64,000 nucleotides of DNA, taken from positions 17,391 through 81,390 of the forward strand of contig JAPLNR010000068.1 in NCBI GenBank assembly GCA_026401035.1, read 5' to 3'. Both the position numbers and the translations under genes were made by a program. Origin of the DNA: Planctomycetia bacterium. GTDB lineage: Bacteria; Planctomycetota; Planctomycetia; Pirellulales; UBA1268. The notes beneath the pieces were generated by a model that saw only the letters and a list, made by a program, of their open reading frames with translations, was not told the DNA's origin and did no database searches. Shown one piece after another: positions 1 to 9,627 of this stretch (the stretch's first letter is position 1; every line of letters starts with the position of its first letter).

Positions 1-694
1 ACACGGCCCCGGCCACCGCCAGCCCCCACTCCGTCCGCATCAGGAGCCCCAGCAGGGCGCCCGGGATCGACAACGCGATGATCCCCAGGAGAACGAAGGC
101 AACGGAGTTGAACGCGGCCACCCACTTGCGGGCCCCGTAGAGGATCGCGCCCAACAGGCCCGGAACCTCCTCGCCGATCAGTTTGAGGGACACCTGCCGC
201 GTGATCGCCGTTCCGAAAATCGACCAGACGAGCACAAACCAGCCGAGCCGAGCGAGCGCCCCGCCCATTTGGGCCACGGTCGCAGACGGCCGGAACGGAA
301 TCCCCACGAGCCGCACGATGTCGGACACCGGCGCGGGCAGCCGTTCGAAAATATTGTGAAGGGCGGGAAAGACCCGGCTGCTCGGTGCCAGTGCCGCATC
401 GGCCGCAACCGCGCCGCCGGCAGCGGGGATGACGAGCCCACCGCCACCACCACCCGCCAGTTCGGCGTCGAGAATCGCATCGGCTGCCGCATCAGCGCCG
501 GCCAGTTTCAGGCTGTCGGCGATCGACCAGCCGGCCCAGGTCGCAAGCGAGCCGAGCAGTGCCAGCAGGATCACCGTCGGCGCGAAGGCCGTGCCGGCGG
601 CGCGGAACAGGATCCACCACGGCAGGGCCTCGCTCCACTGGATCTCGTGGACGATGCGGCCGTGATTGTGGCTGGGGCTCTCGGCTTGTGACAT
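1..694 (-). CDS. hypothetical integral membrane protein (3' end runs off the window)
   Basis: Hand translation of the minus strand from the ATG at 694-692 (preceded by GAGGAAG) stays open for 231 codons to position 2. Product MSQAESPSHNHGRIVHEIQWSEALPWWILFRAAGTAFAPTVILLALLG... has several hydrophobic segments. It is absent from the ORF track because it is edge-truncated. Confidence 0.6.
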   Translation of the reverse strand, partial: MSQAESPSHNHGRIVHEIQWSEALPWWILFRAAGTAFAPTVILLALLGSLATWAGWSIADSLKLAGADAAADAILDAELAGGGGGGLVIPAAGGAVAADAALAPSSRVFPALHNIFERLPAPVSDIVRLVGIPFRPSATVAQMGGALARLGWFVLVWSIFGTAITRQVSLKLIGEEVPGLLGAILYGARKWVAAFNSVAFVLLGIIALSIPGALLGLLMRTEWGLAVAGAV

Positions 695-751
695 GGAGGC
701 TTCCTCTGAAGACCGGGCGGGACGTGGCGGAGAGTATACGCGGCGTTCCCT

Positions 752-779
752 CAGGCGCTAACTCCGCCGCCTGTCCTAC
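752..779 (-). repeat. REP-like variant (GTAGGACAGGCG head, CAGGCG/CGCCTG stem, 10-nt loop) overlapping the yacG stop
   Basis: The minus strand reads GAG TAG GACAGGCGgcggagttagCGCCTG. The first 11 nt (GTAGGACAGGC) are identical to the REP consensus found elsewhere in the window. The TAG is the yacG stop codon. Confidence 0.5.
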
Positions 780-946
780 TCGACGGACTCGTCATCCTCG
801 TCGGAAGAATTCTTCACATCGGGCACGCTGTAGGCCTCGTCGAGCCAGCGGCCCAGGTCGATGAGCCGGCAGCGGTCGCTGCAGAAAGGGACCGTCGGCG
901 TCTTTTCCAGATCGACGTGTGCGTCGCAGACGGGACAGCGTGGCAT
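776..946 (-). CDS. yacG: DNA gyrase inhibitor YacG (Zn-ribbon), 56 aa
   Basis: This ORF is below the track cutoff and was found by hand: [56 protein letters not shown]. It carries the YacG hallmark CPxC...PFCSxRCxxIDLGxW followed by an acidic tail. Confidence 0.85.
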   Translation of the reverse strand: MPRCPVCDAHVDLEKTPTVPFCSDRCRLIDLGRWLDEAYSVPDVKNSSDEDDESVE

Positions 947-961
947 GGGGCTCCGTTTCCT

Positions 962-1252
962 TCAGTCAGACTTCTTGCCGCCGCCATCCGACTTGGCACC
1001 GTCGGACTTCCCGCCTTCAGACTTGCCGGACGAGCCGCTTTCGGCTGCGGCCCCCTTCTTGTAGGACTCGCTGCGGTAGTCGGTCTTGTAGAAGCCCGAT
1101 CCCTTGAACACGATCGCGCCCCCCGCGCCGATGAGCCGCCGCAATTTCTTCTTGCCGCATTTCGGGCAAGTCTTCTTCACGCCGTCGGTCATCGACTGAA
1201 AGAGCTCGTATGCATGGCCGCAGCCGTCGCAGACGTAATCATATGTCGGCAT
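962..1252 (-). CDS. FmdB-family zinc-ribbon protein
   Basis: MPTYDYVCDGCGHAYELFQSMTDGVKKTCPKCGKKKLRRL... shows the classic FmdB N-terminus with CxxC...CxxC. The C-terminal tail is Gly/Ser/Lys-rich and low-complexity. Confidence 0.85.
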   Translation of the reverse strand: MPTYDYVCDGCGHAYELFQSMTDGVKKTCPKCGKKKLRRLIGAGGAIVFKGSGFYKTDYRSESYKKGAAAESGSSGKSEGGKSDGAKSDGGGKKSD

Positions 1253-1257
1253 CTGTT

Positions 1258-1776
1258 TTATTCCTCTTTCGCCACGATCACCTGGGCCGGACGAACCACG
1301 CGGTCGTGGAGCCGGTAGCCGCGGCTGGCCACCCCCACGATCGTACCCGGTTTCGCGTCCGGCACGACCTGCTGCAGGATTGCATCGTGCACGTTCGGGT
1401 CGAATGGCTGGCCGTCGGCCTCGATCGTCTTGCAGCCGTGGGAGTCGAGCAGCTTCTCGATCTGCTGGGCCGTCATCCGGAATCCCGACCGGAGGCTTTC
1501 CACATCGGTCGTCTTTTCACTCGCGTCGACGGCCCGCAGCACGGTGTCGAGCACAGGAATGAGGTCGCGGAGCAGGTCCATTTCGCGGTACCGCTGGGCG
1601 TCCTCGTATTCCCGCCGCGAACGCTTGCGGAAATTCTCGAGTTCGGCCTGGGTGCGCAGCACCCTGTCTTCGGCATCTCTGAGTTGCTGCTCGGGCGTGG
1701 CGGCCTCCCGCCCGGCTGCTTCCTGTTCCTCGCCCGCCGACTCTGCGGCGGCTTCATGTTCATCGGAATGCATCAT
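1258..1776 (-). CDS. grpE: nucleotide exchange factor GrpE
   Basis: 172 aa. Contains RTQAELENFRKRSRRE...DPNVHDAI...GYRLHDRVVRPAQVIV, which are typical GrpE motifs. The start overlaps the dnaJ stop by 4 nt. Confidence 0.95.
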   Translation of the reverse strand: MMHSDEHEAAAESAGEEQEAAGREAATPEQQLRDAEDRVLRTQAELENFRKRSRREYEDAQRYREMDLLRDLIPVLDTVLRAVDASEKTTDVESLRSGFRMTAQQIEKLLDSHGCKTIEADGQPFDPNVHDAILQQVVPDAKPGTIVGVASRGYRLHDRVVRPAQVIVAKEE

Positions 1777-2951
1777 CGCTTCTCCTCTGGTTCGGCACTC
1801 TCCGCATCGGCATCATCCGGGGGCTGGAAATACTCGGCCAGCCGGCTGAAAAAACTTGACCGCCTCGGGCTCACTGCCTTTTGCTCCTCGGCGGCGAGTT
1901 CCCGCAGCAATTGCTCGGCCTTCGGCGAGAGCGTCTTCGGAATCTCCACGTGGACGTGCACGTGCAGGTCGCCGATCCCCCGGCCACGGACCTCGGGCAT
2001 GCCGAAGCCACGGACGCGGATCACGTCGCCGGCCTGCGTGCCCCGCTTGATCTCGAGCGGCTTTGGCCCGTCGAGCGTCGGCACCTCCACGGTAGCGCCA
2101 AGCGCCGCCTGACTGAACGTGATCGGCACCTCGCAGTGGAGATCGCGGCCGTCCCGCGTGAGGAACGGGTGCTCCTCGATCTCGATCACGCAGTAGCAGT
2201 CACCAGGCGGGCCGCCGTTTCCGCCCGGCTCGCCTTCACCGGCCAGTCGCACCCGCACGTCGCGGTCGACACCGGCGGGAATGGTCACGCGACGTTCCAC
2301 ATGCTCCTCGGTGAGGCCGGCGCCGCCGCAGTCGGGGCACTTCTCGCGGATCACGCTGCCGGCTCCCTGGCAGGCAGGGCAGGTGGTTTGCACGCGAAAC
2401 ACACCCGCCTGCTGGATCACCTGACCACGGCCGCCACAGTAGTCGCAGGCGGCAGCCTTCGTACCCTTCTTGGCGCCGCTGCCATCGCAGGTCGCACAGG
2501 CCTCGTGCCGGGAAAACTCCACCGTCTTCGTGGCGCCCCGGGCCGCCTCGACGAGCGACATCGAAACCGTACAAAAGACGTCACGGCCCTTCCGGGCCCG
2601 GCTCCCTCGCCGTTTACCACCGCCGCCGAAGGCCTCCCCAAACACGCCGCCGCCGAACATGTCGCCGAAGGCTTCGAAGATGTCGGAGATGTCGTTGAAC
2701 TCGTGCTGCGGACCGCCCTGCAGGCCGGCGTGGCCGTAGCGATCGTAGCGGGCGCGGAGATTTTCGTCCGCGAGCACCTCGAAGGCCCGGGCCGCCTCCT
2801 TGAAGCGGTTGGCTGCGGCCTCGTCACCCGGATTCTTGTCGGGGTGATACCGAACAGCCAGTTTGCGATACGAGTCGGTGATCTGCGCAGTCGTCGCCCG
2901 CCGGTCGACGCCAAGCACCTCGTAGAAGTCGCGCTGTGCGCTCATGTTCAT
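1773..2951 (-). CDS. dnaJ: molecular chaperone DnaJ
   Basis: J-domain DFYEVLGV...YHPDKNP, a G/F region, and four CxxCxGxG zinc-finger repeats. The start was moved to MNMSAQRDFYEVLGV (2951) rather than the longest ORF (3047). Confidence 0.93.
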   Translation of the reverse strand: MNMSAQRDFYEVLGVDRRATTAQITDSYRKLAVRYHPDKNPGDEAAANRFKEAARAFEVLADENLRARYDRYGHAGLQGGPQHEFNDISDIFEAFGDMFGGGVFGEAFGGGGKRRGSRARKGRDVFCTVSMSLVEAARGATKTVEFSRHEACATCDGSGAKKGTKAAACDYCGGRGQVIQQAGVFRVQTTCPACQGAGSVIREKCPDCGGAGLTEEHVERRVTIPAGVDRDVRVRLAGEGEPGGNGGPPGDCYCVIEIEEHPFLTRDGRDLHCEVPITFSQAALGATVEVPTLDGPKPLEIKRGTQAGDVIRVRGFGMPEVRGRGIGDLHVHVHVEIPKTLSPKAEQLLRELAAEEQKAVSPRRSSFFSRLAEYFQPPDDADAESAEPEEKR

Positions 2952-3015
2952 CGCCCACGATCCGGTCCGGCCGCCGCGCGCCACTTGGACGCCGGGCCGG
3001 AGGCCCGAGCCGTTT

Positions 3016-3077
3016 GTCCGCCACGATCGGACTCGTGGCGGACCCAAGCGTGCGAAGGCCGGGATGGCTTCGCACGC
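3016..3077 (-). other. two tandem strong hairpins in the groEL-dnaJ spacer
   Basis: GCGTGCGAAG-N10-CTTCGCACGC lies at 3048-3077. GTCCGCCACGA-N6-TCGTGGCGGAC lies at 3016-3043. Both are perfect stems and neither is followed by a U-tract. Confidence 0.6.
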
Positions 3078-3083
3078 GTGAAA

Positions 3084-4703
3084 TTATCGCACGCTGCCCT
3101 CGGCACGACGCTTATGAGCGTCGTCCTTGTCGAGATTCGTGACCAGCGCCTCGGTGGTGAGCAGCAGGCCGGCGATGCTCGCGGCGTTCGTGAGCGCGAC
3201 CCGAACCACCTTGACCGGGTCGATGATTCCTGCCTTGAGCATGTCGACATACTCGCCCTTGTTGGCGTCGTAGCCGATGTGAATGTCCTTACCCGCGACC
3301 TCGTCGGCGACCACGGAGCCATCGATGCCGCCGTTTTCAGCGATCTGGCGGATCGGGGCCTCGAGCGACTGCAGCACGATGTCGATGCCGATCTTCTCAT
3401 CACCCTTGGCCTGAGACCGCGCCTTCTCCACCGCCTCGCGGCAGCGGAGCAGGGCCACGCCGCCGCCCGGCACGATGCCCTCTTCGACGGCGGCACGGGT
3501 CGCGTGCAACGCATCTTCGACCCGGGCTTTCTTCTGCTTCATCTCGGCCTCGGTGCCGGCACCGACCGACACGATCGCCACGCCGCCGGTGAGCTTGGCC
3601 AGACGCTCCTGCAGCTTCTCGCGGTCATACTCGCTTTCGGTGGCCTCGATCTGGTTGCGGATCTGCTGCACGCGGGCCTGCACGTCGGCCGGCTTGCCGG
3701 CGCCCTGCACGATCGTGGTCTCGCTCTTATCGACCGTGATGCTCTTGGCACGACCAAGGTGCGAGAGATCGAGGCTCTCGAGCTTGAGGCCGAGATCCTC
3801 GCTGATCAGCGTGCCGCCGGTGAGCGTGGCGATGTCGCCCAGCATCGCCTTGCGTCGGTCGCCGAAGCCCGGTGCCTTCGCGGCACAGATATTGAGCACG
3901 CCCCGGAGTTTGTTGACGACCAGCGCCGTCAGCGCGTCGCCATCGATGTCCTCGGCGATGATCAGGAAGGGCTTGCCCGACTGGGCCACCTTCTCGAGCA
4001 GCGGCAGCAGATCGCGAAGGTTCGAGATCTTCTTCTCGTGGATCAGGATAAACGCGTCGTCGAGTTGGCAATCCATCTCGGCGGTGCGGTTGATGAAGTA
4101 GGGCGAAATGTAGCCCTTGTCGAACTGCATGCCGTCGACAAACCGCACGGTGGTCTCGGTGGTCTTGCCCTCTTCGACGGTGATCACGCCATCCTTGCCC
4201 ACCTTCTGCAGCGCCTCGGCGAGCAGATCGCCGATCGCCCGGTCGTTGTTGGCGCTGATGGCACCCACCTGCGCGACTTCCTCGGGACGATCGACCTTCT
4301 TCGCCATCTCCATCAGCCGGCCCACCGCGGCGGCCACGCCCTTCTCGATGCCACGCCGAACGGCCATGGGATTCGAGCCGGCGGCCACCATCCGGGTGCC
4401 TTCGCGGAAGATCGCCCGCGCGAGCACCGTGGCGGTCGTCGTGCCGTCGCCGGCCAGATCGGACGTCTTCGAGGCCACCTCGTTGACGAGTTTCGCGCCC
4501 ATGTTTTCGAAGGGGTCCTCGAGATCGACCTCCTTGCTCACGGTCACGCCGTCCTTGGTGACGGTCGGGCCGCCGAACGACTTGTCGATGATGACGTTGC
4601 GGCCGGTGGGGCCCATCGTCACCGCCACGGCTCCGGCGAGTTTTTCAACTCCCTTGAGCAGTTTGGCACGCGCGTTGTCGTCGAACATCAGTTGCTTGGG
4701 CAC
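3084..4703 (-). CDS. groEL: chaperonin GroEL (paralog lacking the GGM tail)
   Basis: 539 aa with a GTG start. Contains [12 protein letters not shown] and other GroEL signatures. The C-terminus is ...[14 protein letters not shown] rather than Gly-Met repeats. Confidence 0.95.
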   Translation of the reverse strand: MPKQLMFDDNARAKLLKGVEKLAGAVAVTMGPTGRNVIIDKSFGGPTVTKDGVTVSKEVDLEDPFENMGAKLVNEVASKTSDLAGDGTTTATVLARAIFREGTRMVAAGSNPMAVRRGIEKGVAAAVGRLMEMAKKVDRPEEVAQVGAISANNDRAIGDLLAEALQKVGKDGVITVEEGKTTETTVRFVDGMQFDKGYISPYFINRTAEMDCQLDDAFILIHEKKISNLRDLLPLLEKVAQSGKPFLIIAEDIDGDALTALVVNKLRGVLNICAAKAPGFGDRRKAMLGDIATLTGGTLISEDLGLKLESLDLSHLGRAKSITVDKSETTIVQGAGKPADVQARVQQIRNQIEATESEYDREKLQERLAKLTGGVAIVSVGAGTEAEMKQKKARVEDALHATRAAVEEGIVPGGGVALLRCREAVEKARSQAKGDEKIGIDIVLQSLEAPIRQIAENGGIDGSVVADEVAGKDIHIGYDANKGEYVDMLKAGIIDPVKVVRVALTNAASIAGLLLTTEALVTNLDKDDAHKRRAEGSVR

Positions 4704-4775
4704 GACTTGGATCTCCTCGGAAAGACGTTTCGTTAGGGACGTGAATACGAATGGATGGCTGATCCGCGAATCAGC

Positions 4776-5081
4776 TTACGACAATACTTTCGCCAGGATG
4801 TCGGACTCGCGGAGGATCTTCACCTCGTGGCCGTCGACCTCGATGTCGCTGCCGGAATACTTGCCGTAGATCACTTCGTCACCGACGGTGAGCAACAGGG
4901 CGGCCCGCTGTCCGCTCTCGAGCAGTTTGCCCGGGCCGAGTGCCACCACATGACCGCGCTGCGGCTTCTCCTTGGCGGAGTCGGGCAGCACGATGCCGCC
5001 GGCGGTCCGCTCCTCGGCCTCGACGGGCTCGACCACCACGCGGTCGTCGAGCGGATGAATCTTCAAGTTCTTCGCAGCCAT
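4776..5081 (-). CDS. groES: co-chaperonin GroES
   Basis: The sequence [43 protein letters not shown]... is typical GroES. The start is trimmed to the MAAK Met at 5081. Confidence 0.93.
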   Translation of the reverse strand: MAAKNLKIHPLDDRVVVEPVEAEERTAGGIVLPDSAKEKPQRGHVVALGPGKLLESGQRAALLLTVGDEVIYGKYSGSDIEVDGHEVKILRESDILAKVLS

Positions 5082-5136
5082 GAGCAGTTCTCTCCAAAAA
5101 GGTAAAAAAAGTTGCAAAAGATGAATCGTTTCCGGT

Positions 5137-6852
5137 TTACATCATGCCGGGCATGCCCATGCCGCCCATGCCGCCCATGCCACCCATGCCACCGCCCATG
5201 CCACCCATTCCGCCCATGCCACCGCCCATGCCGTGGTGGTCGTGGCCGTCGCCGCCGGCCTCTTCCTCGGCCTTCGGAATCTCCGTGATCAGCGCCTCCG
5301 TGGTCAGCAGGAGAGCCGCCACGCTGGCGGCATTCTGCAGGGCCGTGCGGACAACCTTGGCCGGGTCGATCACGCCCGCGCTGACGAGGTCGCAATACTC
5401 TTCCTTGTCAGCGTCGTAACCGTCGTTCTTGCCCTTCATCTGGCGAACACGGTTGACCACCACCGGGCCGTCGACGCCGGCGTTGGCGGCAATCGCCTCG
5501 AGCGGGTAGCGGAGGGAGTTCTTCACGATCGAAGCCCCCAGCTTCTCGTCGCCGTCGAGGTCGAGTTTCTCGATCGCCTTCTCGCTCCGGAGCAGGGCCA
5601 CGCCGCCGCCGGGAACGATCCCTTCGGCAAGCGCCGCCTGCGTGGCGCTCTTGGCGTCTTCGATGAGAGCCTTCCGCTCCTTCATCTCGGTTTCCGTCGC
5701 CGCGCCCACGTTGATTTGCGCGACACCGCCGGCGATTTTCGCCAGCCGTTCCTGCAGTTTCTCGCGGTCGTAGTCGCTCGTGGTCGACTCGATCTCGGCA
5801 CGAATCTGATCGGCGCGGCCGTCGATGGCCGCCTTCGTGCCACCGCCGCTGACGATCGTCGTGTTTTCAGCCTCGATGATCACCTTCTTCGCCCGGCCCA
5901 GGTCGCTGAGCTTCACCGCGTCGAGGGCGATGCCGAGATCCTTGAAGATCGCCTGGCCGCCGGTGAGCACGGCGAGGTCGCCCATGATCGCCTTGCGGCG
6001 ATCGCCGTAGCCAGGGGCCTTGATCGCCACCGACTGCACGATGCCACGGAGTTTGTTGACCACCAGCGTGGCCAACGCTTCTCCGTCGACGTCTTCGGCG
6101 ATCACGACCAGCGGCTTGCCCGCCTTGCTGATCGCCTCGAGGAGCGGAACGAGGTTCTTGGCGCTCGACACCTTCTCCTCAAACAGCAGGATGTAGGGGT
6201 TTTCCATCACGCAGGTCTGCGAATCCGCATCGGTGACGAAGTGCGGCGAGAGAAAGCCGCGGTCGAACTGCATGCCCTCGACGACGTCGACCGTCGTCTC
6301 GGCCTGCTTGCCCTCTTCGACCGTGATCACGCCGTCCTTCCCCACCTTGAGGAAGGCCTCGGAGAGCACGTTGCCGATCGTCGGGTCGTTGTTCCCGGCG
6401 ATGGTCGCGATCTGCATCAGCTCCTTCTTGTTCTTTTCGTTGATCGGCGTCGCCATCGCGAGAATCGCCTTGCCAACGGCCTCAACCGCCTTGTGAATGC
6501 CGCGGGCGAGGGCCATCGGATCGGCTCCCGCTGCGATCATCTTGAGGCCTTCCCGAAAGATCGCCTCGGCGAGCACCGTCGCCGTGGTCGTGCCGTCGCC
6601 AGCGACGTCGTTGGTCTTGCTGGCGGCCTCCTTCACGAGCTGGGCGCCGAGATTCTCGTAGGGGTCTTCGAGGTCGATGTCTTCGGCCACGGTCACGCCG
6701 TCCTTGGTGACCTTGGGGGAGCCCCAGCCCTTGTCGAGCACCGCGTTGCGGCCGCGGGGGCCGAGCGTGCTTTTCACGGCGCGGGCCAGCTTCGAAACGC
6801 CGGCGAGCAGCGGCTGACGGGCCTCATCGTCGAACACCATTTGTTTGGCCAC
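5137..6852 (-). CDS. groEL: chaperonin GroEL (paralog with long GGM tail)
   Basis: 571 aa with a GTG start. GroEL motifs run throughout. The C-terminus is [39 protein letters not shown]. Confidence 0.95.
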   Translation of the reverse strand: MAKQMVFDDEARQPLLAGVSKLARAVKSTLGPRGRNAVLDKGWGSPKVTKDGVTVAEDIDLEDPYENLGAQLVKEAASKTNDVAGDGTTTATVLAEAIFREGLKMIAAGADPMALARGIHKAVEAVGKAILAMATPINEKNKKELMQIATIAGNNDPTIGNVLSEAFLKVGKDGVITVEEGKQAETTVDVVEGMQFDRGFLSPHFVTDADSQTCVMENPYILLFEEKVSSAKNLVPLLEAISKAGKPLVVIAEDVDGEALATLVVNKLRGIVQSVAIKAPGYGDRRKAIMGDLAVLTGGQAIFKDLGIALDAVKLSDLGRAKKVIIEAENTTIVSGGGTKAAIDGRADQIRAEIESTTSDYDREKLQERLAKIAGGVAQINVGAATETEMKERKALIEDAKSATQAALAEGIVPGGGVALLRSEKAIEKLDLDGDEKLGASIVKNSLRYPLEAIAANAGVDGPVVVNRVRQMKGKNDGYDADKEEYCDLVSAGVIDPAKVVRTALQNAASVAALLLTTEALITEIPKAEEEAGGDGHDHHGMGGGMGGMGGMGGGMGGMGGMGGMGMPGMM

Positions 6853-7068
6853 GAGAAACTCCTTCGGAAACTAAGGTCAGAAACGCTTGTCAGGGATGCT
6901 GTGTGGGGATCGGGAAGTCCCGAAGCCGCATCGATTGGCAGTCATTGAACGGCACGCCTCACACGGAAGCAACCCGCGTGCCAAAGCAGCGGCGCCGGCG
7001 CCATTCGCGGGAAAAACAATACCCGCCACGTGGACCCGCCGGCCGCCCGTGCCGTTTTGGCAGACGCC

Positions 7069-8223
7069 TTACGGGGCCCAATCGATCCCGCCCTCGAGGC
7101 CGCGGACAAAACCGGCCAGCAGATCTGCCGCCCGGTCGGCGTCGTCGAGCGAGATCGTCTCCACCGCGGAGTGCATGTAGCGGTTGGGCACGCTCACCAG
7201 TCCCGTGGCCACGCCCGCCCGGGTCGTCTGCAGCACGTTCGCATCGGTCGGTGTGGCCCGCCCGCTGGCGGCGAGCTGGACCGGAATCGATTGGTTTTTG
7301 CCGACTTCGAGCAGCCTGTGCACCACGTGCGGATTCATGTTCGGGCCCCGATAGACGACCGGCCCCTTGCCTAGGCCGATGTCCCCCTCCGATTTCTTGT
7401 CGATCGTCGGGCAGTCGGTCGCGTGGGTCACGTCCACGGCGATCGCGACGTGCGGATCGACGCCGTAGGAACTGGTCTGCGCCCCCCGCAGACCGATCTC
7501 CTCCTGCACGGTCGAGGCGACGAACAGGGCACAGGGCAGGGGCCCGGCCGCGGCCGCCCGGCGAAAGGCCTCGAGCACGACCCAGAGCCCGATCTTGTCA
7601 TCCATCGCCACGGAGCAGGCGCGGTTTCCGCGGAGCGGCTGAAACTTCAGCTCGAACGTCACGGAGTCGCCGACGCGGACAACGCTCTCGGCATCGGCCT
7701 TGTCACTCGAGCCGATGTCGATCCAGAGATCCTTCATCTTCGGCACGATCTTCCGCTCCTCATCGGTGAGCAGATGAATCGGCTTCCGGGCAATCACGCC
7801 GGGCAGGGGCCCCGTGGCGGTCCAGATCGTCACCCGCGAGCCGACCAGCTGCATCGGATCCCAGCCGCCGATCGGCTGCACGGAGATGTAGCCGTCGGAG
7901 TCGATGTATTGCACGATTAGGCCGATCTGGTCGCAGTGGCCGGCGAGCAGCATCCGCGTCGCTGCCGTCGGGTTTTTCGCGCCGATCACGTTGCCGTGCG
8001 AGTCGGTCGTGACCGTGTCGGCCACGCCCGAGAGATAGTCGCGCACGAGCCGCTGGATGGGCTGCTCGTAGCCGGACGGGCTCGGGGTTTCGAGCAGGCG
8101 GACGAGAAAATCGCGGGCTGTGGCTTCCAAGGCTGGCTCTCCGTGGGATAACCGGCACAACCGCTCCAAGGCGATCGGCGGGTGGAATTCAACACGGTAC
8201 AGCCCCGCCGCGGCCGAGTGCAA
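7069..8223 (-). CDS. M42-family aminopeptidase / endoglucanase-like (FrvX/CelM type)
   Basis: Contains LLETPSPSGYE..., HCDQIGL..., AMDDKIGL..., and STVQEEIGLRGA, the pattern of metal ligands typical of peptidase M42. The exact start is uncertain because the N-terminal extension is long. Confidence 0.75.
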   Translation of the reverse strand: MHSAAAGLYRVEFHPPIALERLCRLSHGEPALEATARDFLVRLLETPSPSGYEQPIQRLVRDYLSGVADTVTTDSHGNVIGAKNPTAATRMLLAGHCDQIGLIVQYIDSDGYISVQPIGGWDPMQLVGSRVTIWTATGPLPGVIARKPIHLLTDEERKIVPKMKDLWIDIGSSDKADAESVVRVGDSVTFELKFQPLRGNRACSVAMDDKIGLWVVLEAFRRAAAAGPLPCALFVASTVQEEIGLRGAQTSSYGVDPHVAIAVDVTHATDCPTIDKKSEGDIGLGKGPVVYRGPNMNPHVVHRLLEVGKNQSIPVQLAASGRATPTDANVLQTTRAGVATGLVSVPNRYMHSAVETISLDDADRAADLLAGFVRGLEGGIDWAP

Positions 8224-8297
8224 CCGGCGTATTCTTTCCCGTTGAAGCTACGCTCATTACGATCAATGGCCACTCCCTCAAAGAATTGTGCATTTGA

Positions 8298-9599
8298 ATG
8301 ACTGAACCAGTGCGGGTCGGTGTTGTCGGCATGGGAACCGTCGGATCGGGCGTGGTTCGCCTGCTCGTCGAGTCGGCCGACCATATCGAGAGGCATGCCG
8401 GACGGCGGATCGTCGTCGAGCGGGCCGTCGTGAAGGACGTGGCGAAGGCCCGCAGCGTGCCGGTGCCCGGCGGGAAAATCTCGTCCGATATCCGCGATAT
8501 TTCCCGCGACCCATCGATCTCCGTCGCCGCATTGCTCGTCGGGGGCCTCGAGCCCGCGCGGTCGATGATGATCGAACTCTTGGAAAACGGGAAAGACGTC
8601 GTCACCGCCAACAAGGCCCTGCTTGCCGAACACGGCCCGGAACTTTTCGAACTGGCGCGGAAGCACGGCCGGTCGATCGCGTTCGAGGCGGCCGTGGCCG
8701 GCGGCATCCCGATCGTGGCCGCGATCGGCGAATGTCTGGCCGCCAACCGGATCGAGAGCATCCGCGGCATCCTGAACGGCACGAGCAACTTCATCCTCAC
8801 GCGAATGGAGGAGGATGGGGCCAATTACGCCGACGTGCTCAAACTCGCGCAGCAGAAGGGGTTCGCCGAGGCCGATCCCTCGATGGACGTCGACGGCACC
8901 GACGCCACGCAGAAACTCGCGATCCTCGCCCATCTCGCCTTCGGCGTCTGGGTGCCCTGGGCCGAGATCCCGCGAACAGGCATCGAGGGTCTCGATCTCG
9001 ATCTCCTGAACTACGCCGGCGAACTCGGCTACCGGATCCGGCTCGTGGCAGTGGCCAGCCGCAGCGACGGGAAGCTCGCGATGCGGGTCGCTCCCGCGCT
9101 CGTGAAGATCGGCACACCGCTGGCCGAAACCCGCGGCGCCTACAACGCCGTGAGCATCGTGGGCGACGCCGTCGGCCGGATGTTTTTCCATGGGCTCGGG
9201 GCGGGGCAGATGCCCACCGCCTCGGCCGTCGTCGCCGACATCATCGACACGGTCGTGGGCCGGGCCGCGATCACGTTTCGCACGACGGGCCTGCTTGCAG
9301 CCGACTCTCCCGCGGCGAAGCTTGCGGACGTCGACTCGCACGAGCGGCATTTTCTGCGGATCAACGTGAGCGATCGTCCCGGCGTGCTGGCGAAGATCAC
9401 GGGCCTCCTGGGCGACCATGGCATCTCGATCGCCTCGGTGATCCAGCACGCCGAGACGGCTTCGGCCGACGCGGGCGTGCCGCTGGTCATCATGACCCAT
9501 GCCTGTGCCTCGAGCGCGGTACAGAAGGCTGTCGCGGCGATCGACAAGTCGGACGTCATCCGCGGCAAGAGCGTCTGCCTGGGCGTGCTCGACGAATAA
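8298..9599 (+). CDS. hom: homoserine dehydrogenase
   Basis: The N-terminus has a Rossmann motif (VGVVGMGTVGSGV). The NGTSNFIL catalytic-domain motif is present. The C-terminus has an ACT domain (HFLRINVSDRPGVLAKITGLLGDHGISI). Confidence 0.9.
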   Translation: MTEPVRVGVVGMGTVGSGVVRLLVESADHIERHAGRRIVVERAVVKDVAKARSVPVPGGKISSDIRDISRDPSISVAALLVGGLEPARSMMIELLENGKDVVTANKALLAEHGPELFELARKHGRSIAFEAAVAGGIPIVAAIGECLAANRIESIRGILNGTSNFILTRMEEDGANYADVLKLAQQKGFAEADPSMDVDGTDATQKLAILAHLAFGVWVPWAEIPRTGIEGLDLDLLNYAGELGYRIRLVAVASRSDGKLAMRVAPALVKIGTPLAETRGAYNAVSIVGDAVGRMFFHGLGAGQMPTASAVVADIIDTVVGRAAITFRTTGLLAADSPAAKLADVDSHERHFLRINVSDRPGVLAKITGLLGDHGISIASVIQHAETASADAGVPLVIMTHACASSAVQKAVAAIDKSDVIRGKSVCLGVLDE

Positions 9600-9627
9600 C
9601 GCAACTCCACGGAAGGAATTCCCCAGC

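Noticed and set aside
1881-4736. Very long ORFs antisense to real genes. Examples are 1881-4736(+) at 951 aa, 14216-18247(-) at 1343 aa, 61063-63963(-) at 966 aa, 5233-6948(+), 20633-22159(+) and 24595-26769(+).
   Set aside because: They lie opposite genes with unmistakable conserved motifs (DnaJ/GroEL, the heme-binding giant, GAF-PP2C/CHASE2, and others). Their translations are Arg/Ala/Gly/Pro-rich and low-complexity with no recognisable motifs. In GC3-rich genomes, stop codons are depleted on the antisense strand.
5140-5235. Short tandem repeats (CATGCC[GA]CC-type periodicity) that could be mistaken for a repeat array.
   Set aside because: This is the coding sequence of the GroEL C-terminal (GGM)n tail on the minus strand. 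There are no spacers, and it is not a CRISPR array or a non-coding tandem repeat.
6853-7068. A search for a CIRCE/HrcA operator or sigma-32 promoter upstream of the groEL-groES-groEL genes.
   Set aside because: There is no TTAGCACTC-N9-GAGTGCTAA-like inverted repeat here or at 5082-5136 or 4704-4775. The only CCCCAC-type -10 candidate has a poor -35 (CTTCGG) and the wrong spacing. No regulatory site can be supported.
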